Positions 39,635 through 51,550 of a stretch of DNA of 64,000 nt are shown one piece after another. Position 1 is the first letter of the stretch, and each line of letters begins with the position of its first letter. The position numbers and the translations under genes were made by a program. This stretch comes from Octopus vulgaris. Taxonomy: Eukaryota. The notes beneath the pieces were generated by a model. The model ran no database searches and was not told where the DNA came from. It worked only from the letters and a program-made list of their open reading frames with translations. Where the stretch lies: contig OX597826.1 of assembly GCA_951406725.2 (NCBI GenBank), positions 24,428,001 through 24,492,000 on the forward strand. The letters are read 5' to 3'.

Positions 39635-40369
39635 CTTTTAAACCTTTTAGCATTCAAATTACTCTGCTATTTGTAATTCTATTTTTATTCAAGTTGTTTT
39701 GAATTAAACCTGCATTATCTCATAGGTTTGCAACTTCAAAGATGTGATTTTTTTGAGTGGCATTGCAGGGTAGGTATGATAGGCCAAATCTTGTTGTACT
39801 GATTGTAAAATAGTCAGAATATATAGGCAGGGTATGGCTGGTTTCAATGTTAAGGGCATTAAGAAAAAGAAAATCAACTCTCAAACTTTCTTATGTAATT
39901 AAATCTTCCATAATTTTTGGCTCTCACTACTCTGTATATATGTAGGAATATTTTTCTTATTTCTCATTTTATAACTTACACGTACCAGCAGTTTGTTTTG
40001 TTATATTTTTATCAACTTTTATCTTTGCTGATATCTGAAGGTGCAGAAAGTGTCTTTGTAATTTAATCCAAGCTTATTTCAAATGAAATTAATCTGCTAC
40101 AAATATTAAGCAGTGAATGTGAGAAATGTTGATGACAATCTCATAGAGAGGAAACGTTTCACTATAATTCATCACCAATTTATATAAACATGGTTATACC
40201 TCTTTTGTATAACAGCTTCCTTTAGTCTATCAAAGAAGATGAATAAGGAAGATGTCAGATATAAAAATTCCTTTTCTGCCAATATCATCAGTTATTCTGA
40301 AATAAAAGAGAAAGAATATAAGAAATCAAAGACTGCCAAAGTGAAAAGATTCAACAGCACATGCACATA

Positions 40370-40414
<45 letters not shown>

Positions 40415-41825
40415 ATAGGTGATACATACAATATATACACTCTCTTTGATCATGCAGCTTTTGCAGACTCCCATGACTCTCTGTCACCATCCAATTCCAT
40501 TATTAAGAATTTCAATTGGGAGATTGAGTCATAGTGAATCTTTCATTGGCTAATTACATGGACGTCACCCCTCTGGATGCATTACAGTTACTATCTTGAT
40601 AGAACTTGGTGATTCTGACTGTCGATCTTCTGGGATTCCTTCACTCAGCCTCAATGTAAGAAGCAACATTGGCTCAGCTGAGCTTTTCTGTTAACTCTTC
40701 ATAATCCACCATGCTACAGTCCCTTAACTTCACTTCGTCGCTGGCACGGTGACTCAACAGATCCTGTACCTTGTCAAAGAGCAGCCCGTTACTAAGCAGC
40801 ACACGGTCATCATTCCATGAGGTATTTTCAAAGTACCTGCATACACAACAATAAATACAATACATGCTAATTTGCTTGCATCAAAGTGGCTACCTAAGTT
40901 GACCAATCTGTCCTTCCTTCCTGCCAATCCTATCAATGTTGTCAGCATATCTTAGGTTTGTGATGTTTGTCTTTCTCATGTTAACTGTTCTGCCATCATT
41001 TATGACCCACTCCAGGAAAACACCGAGGAGAAATGGAGTGAGAGGAAGCAGGTTTGATACACTTTTGTAATGGTATGAATTACAAAAACCACCCTCACAG
41101 TAAGATTTATTGGGGCATGCAAAGTACATGTACGAAATGCTTTGTAGTTATCAAGGTACTACACTGTATTGTTATAACTGGCAAATTCAAGTAGGGGTAG
41201 CTCTTTCCCTCATTTGTGGTGAAAGGCCACCAAAATTCCTTCCCCTCACCCCCAGTCATTTGTGCATCCCCCCTCACCTTGTTTGTACAATATATCTCTC
41301 CCTCGCTTTATTGATGATATCTTCAAGTTTTTAGAGAATTATTTTACAGACTTGTGCTACAAACCAGGTTTTGGGCGCTTCTGAAATTAATCAGCATCAT
41401 AGCATAATGTTCTTTATTAAGAACCCTACACCATTTGAGTAGCTGTTTGCCACTTCGTTAAAATGCATGTCCTTTTTTTCCCTATGTTCTTTGGTTCGTT
41501 TTCAGAGAGCTGAAGAAACTGCTTCACCATCACATATGCACTGTCGTGGTATTAGCTGTCAGAAGTGAAAGTAGAAAAATCTGACGTCAACTTCGTGTAT
41601 TTACGTCAGGTTTATACCTTCGTTAATTTACACTGTTTATTTACATACCACCACGCTGATAGGTTTATAAAACAATTGAAGTTCATTTCATTCCATGTTC
41701 TGTTTAAACTTTATAAATAAATATATTCTTGCATTATTCATTATTGTTTTTAAAAAGAAATCACACCAATCTGCACCACTAATGACCACCACTACCACCA
41801 CCATCGAAACTGCGCGTAATTCAGT

Positions 41826-42030
41826 ATGGCTTCTGCATATCCCAGTGTAAAAGGAATTAATCACCGCGATATTGCCATCGCCACCGCTACAACAGCAGAT
41901 AGCCTTAATTGGCTTAAGAGAAATGGACTTTTAAATACCCAGAAAATATGTACATTGTGTGGAGCTAGCATGAAGGATGCAGCCAAAAAAAAATTCGTCG
42001 GATGGCGTGATATGGTCACGCGGAAGGCCT
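41826..42030 (+). mobile_element. Merlin-like transposase N-terminal fragment
   Basis: SLNWLKRNGLLNTQKICTLCGASM resembles the WL...GLL.....C..CG..M zinc-ribbon start of eukaryotic IS1595-like transposases. Confidence 0.55.
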
Positions 42031-42159
42031 TGAGACAATTGTAATTTGTTTGTTTAACGTAGTTTAATTTTTCGAATTTTAACCAATCCTATGCTCTCTT
42101 CTGAGCTAAAATCATTTGCTGCGTCTAAAACTGAGACAACATCCTATCACTAATCCTAT

Positions 42160-42710
42160 CTTGCCCAGGATATCAATCGTCTGGAAGCTGTTCAGCGACG
42201 TGCAACCAAAAGAATACCCTCCATCAGGCATTTGCCATATCCTGAACGCCTTACTTCCCTGGGCATGGACACATTGAAACTCCGACGTCTGGCAGCTGAC
42301 TTGGCAGACACCTATAAAATTATCGACCATCGTACAAACAATAACTCTGAGCACCTTTTCAAACTCCACCCATCTAACACCCGTGGACATATTTACAAAG
42401 TAAGAAAACAGCACAGCTCCCATGACTTCAGGAAACATTTTTTCACGCTGAGAGTTGCTGAAGCATGGAACAAACTGCCGGCATCAGTTGTTAGTTGTCG
42501 GAGCACTGCATCCTTCAAAACTTCCATGCTTCCTGAGATTCGCCAACACTACACTTGATTTTCTCCCCTCCATACACACACAAGCATGTATCTGACTCAT
42601 ACATTGTTCGCTTTCCAGACATTTCTACATTACTGCATGTACTTTATATACACTTTCTGACAAGTTGTGGTGCACCTGAGCACTGTATACAATAATTTCA
42701 TTATTATTAT
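42160..42710 (+). mobile_element. CR1-clade LINE 3' fragment
   Basis: RLEAVQRRATKRIP...YPERLTSLG...RRL..DL..TYKI...NTRGH...RKHFFTLRVAEAWNKLP, ending in an (ATT)n tail at ~42700-42710. Confidence 0.85.
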
Positions 42711-43678
42711 AAACCTGCCCCTAACCCTAACCCTAATTTTTTTTTTCTTAATTGTTAAATTAATTTAATTCCGTACGTATACGGATAGCGTGTGTATAAA
42801 ATTCTAGAATTATTTTGTTTGTTCATTGTTTAAATTATTTTCCATTGCTTTCGTTTTTTTTTACACGCGTAACAATTAAATTAATTTAACAATTAAGAAA
42901 AAAAATTTAGGGTTAGGGTTAGTGACAGGATGTTGTCTCAGTTTTAGACGCAGCAAATGATTTTAGTTCATTGGAGGTAATCGATTGGTTAAAATTGCCG
43001 AAATGCTCGGATTTTCAGACGAAATATCTTACAAACTATAGAATTTTCTCAATAAAACCAAGAGAAAATGATATTTTATAAACACATTCTACCAGTATAC
43101 GAAGTTTAAAACTTTTTAGTTACCTAGAAATTATGTTACAAACTGCCGTTCAAAAGGAAAAGATCCGAAATTCTTTCCTGTGTCACATGGTGAGATAGAA
43201 TTTAACACCATCTGGTTACAAAGTAGACTCCATATCCACACAGCCATGGCTGCATTTTGTTGAACTTATTTAAAATAACATATTAATCTTTTAATGTTGT
43301 TGCTGTTGACATTTGGAAACAGAAAGTGTGTAGTTTAGTTAACTAGAAATTGTCTGCCGTTCAAAAGGAAAAGATCCTGTTTCCATTTAGCTTCAGTGTT
43401 CTCACATTTCATATGGTAATATATTTCTCTTGCCGTTTTGATAAGTCAAATCACAGTTGACAAGACCACACGTGGTCACGGAAATTACCGAGTTCTTTGT
43501 AATGATTTTTCGAGTCAAAACGAAAGATCGTCCAGACAATTCGTACATGCTTATATACATACACACACACATATGTTGCTGTTTACTGTAGTCGCTTAAT
43601 TATTGTTTAAATGTTTTATGACTGATTTCAAACTCTGTGCTAAGGAATTGTAGTTTAAAGGTACGAAAATATAGTTGC

Positions 43679-43815
43679 TCATACCTTGAGTTGCAATTGG
43701 GTACCGCGGCCAGATTATTCAGGTATCATCTGTTGACTCGACATATCTCCTCAGCTCGGATCCCTTCAAAACAAATTCTAGAAGAGCGACGCAAAAAGAG
43801 GCAGACTTGACGTCA
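43679..43815 (-). promoter_or_regulatory. Putative promoter (CRE) and exon 1 of ZNF-4
   Basis: TGACGTCA at 43808-43815; minus-strand donor AAG|GTATGA at 43684. Confidence 0.55.
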
Positions 43816-43966
43816 TCTGGTCCCTGCCGATCCTCCTGCGCAGTCTCTCCTTTTCCCTTCCGCTTAGTTATCCTACATCCAAAGGATTAGAATAAGGATG
43901 TCAATAGCAGAATCAAAATTATGAAGTCGCGTTTTTGCCAAATCGAAATCACGATAGCCGAAAATG

Positions 43967-44154
43967 GGTACTATTTAAGAAGAGTGGTCCTGGTGCGCGC
44001 ACTCGCGCCAGCTAGTCGTGCCTAGTGGATCCTTACTTTGTGTTTTATTTACTTTGCTAGATAGTCGTTGTAGGATCGACTAATCACGACTTGCTAGCGT
44101 GGATGCGCGAATATGCGAAGGCGCGCACCGGGACCACTCTTCTTAAATAGTACC
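43967..44154. mobile_element. Palindromic MITE upstream of the ZNF-4 promoter
   Basis: GGTACTATTTAAGAAGAGTGGTCC.GGTGCGCGC ... GCGCGCACCGGGACCACTCTTCTTAAATAGTACC. No clean TSD. Paralog at 60429-60836. Confidence 0.75.
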
Positions 44155-45314
44155 GATGTGGGTTTCCGTAAAAAGATAAGATAAAGGGGAAGTGGGATAG
44201 GTTACGGCTCCGCCATGTGCGCCCTGGGAAGAATGAAAACTGAAATACAGATTTAAAAAACAGTGCAATTATAAATACAACATCGTTAGTTCGTGAGATA
44301 TCTTTCGTTTCTTCCTTTTATTTCTACTGCTCACAACAAATCAACTAGATGTATGTAAAAGTGACGGTCAATATAAAGAAATATTTAGTAAAATAAGTAA
44401 ATGAGTGGAAATTTTATGGTTGAGTGTTAAATTATAAGGCACTAAAAGAGAATGACACTCCCCAGATACAACACAATATAAAGATCCTCACCAATTAACG
44501 AAAACACACAACCCCCCTCCCCGCAGCCTACTGGGTGTTAACAACTGTGTAGAAAACGAATATGAAAAAACGTATACAATACCGATGTTTATATGAATAA
44601 TACTTACATAATATATAACCGACGAGGAAGATGACATAATATAATTGAAAGAGACAGGGCATAACGTCAACGTTTACTGTAAAACAAACATCTCGACGAT
44701 CGCTAGGAATGACCACTCTAAATTAAGTAAATTCGCAATGATTTACAGTCAGTATGATTTCCTTAGTGTCAGTTGCAAACTTGTTCTGACGAATTAAATC
44801 TAAATGTTTTAATTAATAGCAAGTTTATGTAGGAAAAGTAATAATGAAGAACTAATAAAAACGGTTAAAGGGGAAGTAACTCTATTTTTAATACCTGAAC
44901 GTAGATGGAAAAAGTTTTAGTGAGTTTCGTGTTCACCAAATTTAGTGGTAAGCTATTAATATTAGTGGTTCTAAATGTAATAGGGTTGATTGTCGTGTGT
45001 TCGAATGTAATAGTGTCCCAATATACCGTGGAAATAAATGTATGCATAAATGTCAGAAGGCATGTTTTGTTTTTAAAGCATAGTAATTTGTTTTGGATTG
45101 CTGACAAGTGTTGATCAAAGTGAGCGTAGATGTGTAGGAATCAGAGGGAAGGCATGAAAACAGACAATTGCACTGATAGATAAGACGTTTGCAGTGGTGA
45201 CGATATGAGAAACGAACAAGCAGAAGCCGGTGGTACGGAGTCTGGTGTGAAACGTCAATGTTTCTTCGCTGAAGGTTATGGCGTCGCGGGACTTCTGCTG
45301 AATGACTGCCAATA

Positions 45315-46320
45315 GGCTTCTTTAAGGTCAGAAGATAAGCATCTTGTTACCCACCCAGCATCAGATGCCACTTATTACAATGTTAAGACAGTGACTTTTT
45401 GACAGACTTCCATATTAGCAGAGCAGAAGTTTCGCACATAAGTGAACGATGAACACCTTGCTGATCATATGCCTTCACAGCTATTGAGACAAATGAAGGA
45501 ACTAGCCGAAAATGCACCAGCAGATTGTGTAATGATCAAACAACGCTTTTTCTCCAGACTGCAACCTAACGTTCAGACCATTTTGGTGTATATGACGGAA
45601 ACCATTTCGGTTTCTGCTGCGAATATCATGGATTATACTTGCAATCCTGCCACACCTATTCCGTTGGGAGCATCAGCAAACCCTTCTTCTTCCTTTCTGC
45701 CTGTTGCTTCGTTGTCGTCGGATCAGGAGTCCAATTCGGCGGCTATTTTAAAGGCATTATTGGATCTTACTAGGGAAGTGCAACTCTTTCACGTCTCACA
45801 GACTCAGTCTTCTCGACGTCGGTCATGGAATCATTCGTTTGCACTATGTCATCGTTCTCCTTCGTATTCATCGTCGTTCTGTTGGCATCACAGACATTTC
45901 CGTGCTTCCACGTGAACTGTCTATCACTTTGCTATTCTTACGTATGACGAAATCCCCCGCTCTCAGGATTTGGACTTGCATAGGGCGTTTACCTTGATTT
46001 TATCATTGCAGCTCAGCTATATCCTATGTTAGGTGCCGATTCTTTGCATCACTACAGTCTTCTCGTGGACATGCATGCTTATCGATTATGGGACGAGTCC
46101 ACGGACCTTTCCATTCCTGATCATCGATCATCGACCCTGTTGACCTGTCCAGTTTTCTTTATCACTGCTTCTCACGACCCACACCAATGTCTCTTGAATT
46201 CCTTTCCAGAATTAAGCAATTTAAACTTTATAGTGGGCAGTATTACTCACTATCGAAACAAAGGGAATTCCTATCATTTCTTGCTTGCATTGACTACCTG
46301 CGGAGAAGCTGAGAGGTGGA
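45315..46320 (+). mobile_element. Gypsy relic gag-protease, copy 4
   Basis: ORF 45442-45915 (gag, ending CWHHRHF) and LGADSLHHYSLLVD (protease end). Paralog of 19580-20750. Confidence 0.85.
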
Positions 46321-47141
46321 GACACTGCTTCACCATGCAGGTTATTTTAGTTTCCATTTAGTTTCAGTGTTCTTACAATTCATGTGGCAATTGTGATGTT
46401 CCTTCTGTGAAAAATAATTTCTGTTAGGTCACAAGTAGTATACAAACAAAACTACCCTGCCACACCTGTGCTTTGTTTATTGTCAGGACAAGGTACATAG
46501 CTGAAAGAAATTAGCTGTTTTTCAATCTGGAGACGTATCACTTTACATAGCCAAGATGTTGTATGACAAACAAGCCAAGCAACAACTCTATATCGAATCA
46601 CTTGTGGCCTTGGTTGCCAATGATAGTGTTATCTTCCACCAGGGTGGTTTTGTTTGTGTACTACATGTGACCTAACAGGAAAGATTTTTGATGAGGGAGC
46701 ATCACAATTGCCATATGAAATGTAAGAATACTGAAGCTAAATGGAAACTGAAATGACCTGCATATGACATGGTGAAAACAGACCAAAAAACAGAGAAACA
46801 CAGAATGCAAAAACAAAGTGGCAAACAGATACTCAAAGGAGGCAGTGTACTTCATCAAGAACATTGTGTTCTGATGCCAATTAGTTTCAGAAGGGCTCAA
46901 AACCTAGTTTGTAGCACTAGCACAAGTCTGTAAAGAAATTGCATTAAAACTTCAAGATGTTGTGAACAAAGAGAGAAAGATATATTCCACTAACAGGATG
47001 AGGAGAGATTCAGAAATTCACAACAGATTTGATTAGCGTATGATAATAGTTACACATTTCTCTAACTTGATATTACTAATCATTTGCTTTGTTCTTCCAT
47101 AATTTTGTTGACTTTTTTTTTTTCAAAAACATATTCCTTGT

Positions 47142-47462
47142 CCATGGCTGTGTGAGAAGTTTGCTTTCCAACTACATGGTTCTAGGTTCAGTCCCACTTC
47201 ATGACCCATGGACATGTCTTCTACTATAACCTCAGGTTAACGAAAGCCTTGTGAGTAGATTTGGTGGAGGGAAACTGAAAGATGCCCGTTGTATATATCT
47301 ATGTGTCCCTGTAACTTAGCTGTTCAGCAAAAGATGGTGATAGAATACATACCAGGCTTTACAAAAAGTAAGTACTGGGGTCGATTCATTCAACTAAAAA
47401 GATTGGCATGGTGGTGCCCCAGCATGACTGCAATCGTGTGACTGAAACCAGTAAAAAAAAAG
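47142..47462 (+). mobile_element. tRNA-head SINE
   Basis: TGGCTGTGTG...GGTTCAGTCCC (A/B-box-like head), body ...AAGTACTGGGGTCGATT..., tail GACTGAAACCAGTAAAAAAAAA. Related fragments are scattered through the window. Confidence 0.65.
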
Positions 47463-47945
47463 GGAAAAGATGTGCAATGAACAGCATTCTTCATCTACCA
47501 ATAAAGAATGCATTTTGCAGTAAGAAAGTGCACACACTAACATCTACAGTTTGTCATGTTGATTAATAGGTCATCTTTTAGTTTCCAACTTGCCTGATGT
47601 AATTTTAAAATGCATCAGTAAAATGCTACCAAACCATTTTAAACTCCACTTTGTGTTTTTTGTTTTACACACACACAGATGCAGTGATACTGAAGTAAAC
47701 AAATCGAATGAAAATTCAGGAATATTCAGATCTTTGAAAAAAGTATTACATTCAACAACCACAAAGATGTATAGTGAACAACACTGTTTCACTGAATCTG
47801 CTAAAACTGCCGAATCTATTCATTTGTTTTTATCAATGTATTGCTTTAAGTTTTTCCCTTCCTCATTAACTGATCATTTCTAGTATTTGAAAATTGGATT
47901 ATTGCAACTAATATTTTTGACTATAGCATTTACACTAACCAAGAA

Positions 47946-50695
47946 GGAGGCTACGGCTATGGTTCCCGCAAAGAGGAGGGAACCAGGCTGCTGGAGTTCT
48001 GCGATGCAAATGATCTTATGGTTTGCAATACTAACTTCAGGAAACCTACCAGTCACCTAGTCACCTACCGATCGGGCCGACATACTAGCCAAATTGACTA
48101 CATCCTTGCCAGAAAAAGGGAAAGATGGCTGCTTATAAATGCCAAAACCTTCCCAGGTGAAGAATGTACCCCACAACATAGAAAATAGGGGTCTGGAAGC
48201 TTAAAGATCCTGCAAATGGACAGAGATTTAGAGACATATTACTCGAAGCCTTTGACGAAATAGAAGAGGATATAGCTTCACATAGTGTAGAAGACAACTG
48301 GAGGTTTCTACGGGACAACCTGCTGAGAACCACTGACCAGATCTGTGGATGGTGCAAAGTCCCCTCTCGACCCAAAATAACATGGTGGTGAAACAATGTT
48401 GTAGACAGGGCTATTAGAGAAAAGAGACAGGCTTGGAAGGACTGGAAGAACGGTGGTAGCAGGGAATTGTATCAGACTGCTAGAAGAGAAGCTAGGAGAC
48501 AGGTTTACTTAGCCAGAGGGGAAGCAGATGAGAAAAAATTTGCCAATGTTCTGCACTGAAAGACTTGAGGCATTTCGTGCTGCAAGACAGTGTGTGATAG
48601 AGAATTGAGATGTTGTGGGAGAGAAATGTGTCCGCATGGATGATAGTTCTCTTGTGCTAAATGGGGCTGCAAAGAGAGAGGTTTGGAGACACCATAAAGA
48701 AAATGAATGGGAGAAAGAGAGTCTGCCAAATGTCGACCCAACAGAGGGACCAGCTATCTGAGTTGACAGTACCTTAGTAGATAAGGCAACTAGAAGAATG
48801 AAGACAGGGAAAGCCCCCGGCCCATCAGGAATTACTGCAGAGATACTCAAAATATCTGGCAGTGTTGGCTATAGCCTAGTCACCCGCATAGTTAACCAGT
48901 TGATATACAAAGGAATCATACCCAATGACTGGTGTAGCAGCATAATAGTCAACTGCTACAAAGCTGGTCCCTCTGTTGGGTCGACATTTGGCAGACTCTC
49001 TTTCTCCCATTCATTTTCTTTATGGTGTCTCCAAACCTCTCTCTGTAAAGGTGACGCTTTAGATACAGAGGTATCAAGCTTTTGAATCAGGTAATGAAGG
49101 TCACGGAGAGGGTCATAGCCCAATTAATTAGGGAGAGAGTCAGTTTGGATGAGATGCAGTTTGGTTTCGTGCCAAGGAAAAGCACCAATGATGTTTTATT
49201 TCTGGTAAGACAGCTGCAGGAGAAATACCTAGCCAAAGATAAGCCCCTGTACCTCGCTTTCATTGACATGGAGAAAGCCTTTGACAGGGTCCCCCAGTCC
49301 CTTATCTGGTGATCAATGAGGAAACTAGGAATAGATGAATGGTTAGTGAGAGCCGTGCAAGCCATGTACAAGGATGCTGTCAGTAAGGTGAGGGTTGGCA
49401 ACGAGTACACTGAAGAATTCTGGGTAGAGGTAGGGGTCCACCAAGGTTCAGTCCTCAGCACCCTCCTATTTATCATAGTCCTCCAGGCAATAACAGAGGA
49501 ATTCAAGACAGCATGCCCCTGGGAGCTCCTCTATGCTGATGACCTTGCTCTAATTGCTGAGTCACTCTCAGAACTAGAGAAGTTTCAAGTGTGGAAACAA
49601 GGATTAGACTCGAAGGGCCTTAGAGTCAATGTAGCTATAACCAAACTCCTAATAAGTAGTAAGGCAGGCAAACCACAAATCCCTTCAGGTAGATGGCCCT
49701 GCTTGATCTGTAGTAGAGGTGTAGGTAGAAACTCTATAAGATATACCCAGTGTAAGCTATGGACACATGAGGTGCAGTAATATCAAAGGAAGGCTAACTG
49801 GGAAGATAGCTTTTGTATGTGGCAGATGCTCAGGTGCAATAAACACTGACAATGCGCAGAGAACAACTGCCACATTCCAGGGGGAAAAACTAGAAGTAGT
49901 TGATAGCTTCCGTTACCTAGGTGACCAAGTCAGTAGCCGGGGAGGGTGCTCTGAAAGTGTAGCTGCTAGAATAAGAATAGCTTGGGCAAAGTTCAGAGAG
50001 CTCTTAACCCTGCTGGTGACAAAGGACCTCTCGCTCAGAGTAAAAGGTAGACTGTATGATGCATGTGTACGAACAGCCATGCTACATGGCAGTGAAACAT
50101 GGGCTGTGACTGCTGGGGACATGCATAAGCTCGCAAGGAATGAAACCAGTATGATCCGATGGATGTTTAATGTCAGTGTGCATACTCGACAGAGTGTAAA
50201 TACCTTGAGAGAAAAGTGTGACCTAAGAAGCATCAGATGTGGTGTGCAAGAGAGACGACTGCACATAAAAGGCACCATTTAAGTGTGATCGTTACTAGCT
50301 TCGCCTTACTGGCACTTGTGCCCCATGCTAGTAGGGTGTTTAGAGCACCATCTGAGCATGATCGTTGCCAGAGCAGCTAACTAGCTTCCGTGCCGGTGGC
50401 ATGTAGGAGGCACCATTCGAGCGGGATCGTTACCAGCATCGCCTTACTGGCACCTGTGCCGTTGGCATGTATAAAAAGATTCAAGCGAGGTCATTGCCAG
50501 TAGTGCCTGACTGGCCCCCGTGTTGGTGTCACGTAAAAGCACCCACTACAATCTCGGCGTGGTTGGTGATAGGAAGGGCATCCAGCTGTAGAAACTGCCA
50601 GATCAAGAGTGAAGCCTGGTGCAGCCATCTGGTTTGCCAGTCCTCAGTCAAACCGTCCAACACATGCTAGCAGACGTTAAACAATGATGATGCTG
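47946..50695 (+). mobile_element. 5'-truncated RTE-clade LINE (APE endonuclease end, RT, 3'UTR)
   Basis: Endonuclease end (SQIDYIL), RT (DMEKAFDRV, GVHQGSVLS, LLYADDL, FRYLG) and a (GAT)n tail. TSD AAGAA at 47941-47945 and 50696-50700. Empty site at ~17800. Confidence 0.92.
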
Positions 50696-51550
50696 AAGAA
50701 TAACCAAAATCATGTGTGTTTGTGTGAACATAAATTCTATATTGAATGTAAGAAGAAAGAAAAAAACAAATGGTAGTGTATGTTTTTTCTTATTTCTCAT
50801 CAATAGTAGTTATAAAATTTAAAAAGAACAAAATATCAATAATAGTTATTTTATAGAAACAACTATGATACATAAATTCCATGAATTAGAAAATATTTAA
50901 GAATAGGTTATTTTAGAAAATATACAGAAAAAATATAATTCAGTGATCCTTTAGTTCTGCCAACTCAACTGCCCTTTTGCCACATATGAAGTTGTACTGT
51001 AGTATTTGCTTTAGTATTACAAAGTAATTGATAATTTCTTAAGAACAAGAAATTGTTGACAAGACATGAGTTTTTCTAAAAACTTTATTAATAAATATTA
51101 TGGTATAAATGTGAAGATATAATTACTTACAATGGTCAAAAATAACTTTTCTTGGGAATGCTATTAAAATTTGAGAGGTTGGTGAAACTACTTTACTCAA
51201 ACTCACAAATTCCCAATAATGTTGATAACTCTAATAGGATCCAGCCAGTAAGGCCTGGGCCATGTGTAACTTAATAGCACCACCTGAGGAAGTCTTTCAG
51301 TCATATATGGAGCACCATTGCCTATGGATTCTGGATTTTTTTCCTTTTAACCTTGTTTTTGATATGATATTATTGAAAATGTAATTCTTTCTTAAAGAGA
51401 GTAAAATATCTGAAGCTCAAGAATTAGTTAAACAAAGAAGACTTACATTTGCACAACAATAAAAAACTCAGGGAAAATGAAACAATATATTTGTTTATAT
51501 ATGGCTTATAGTTCGTCAGTTCACCCAAATTTTGCTTAAAGAACTTTTTT

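Larger units (their letters stand above)
41541..43377. mobile_element. Composite insertion in intron 1 of ZNF-4 (Merlin fragment, MITE, CR1)
   Basis: Absent at the paralogous site ~55062-55075. It carries right ends AAAAGGAAAAGATCC at ~43166 and ~43377, related to the 2083-3262 TIR. Confidence 0.75.

Noticed and set aside
42719-42922. Telomere or chromosome-fusion site
   Set aside because: Only 2-3 repeats, embedded in MITE arms.
47142-47200. tRNA gene
   Set aside because: The A/B-box-like head belongs to a SINE; no complete cloverleaf.
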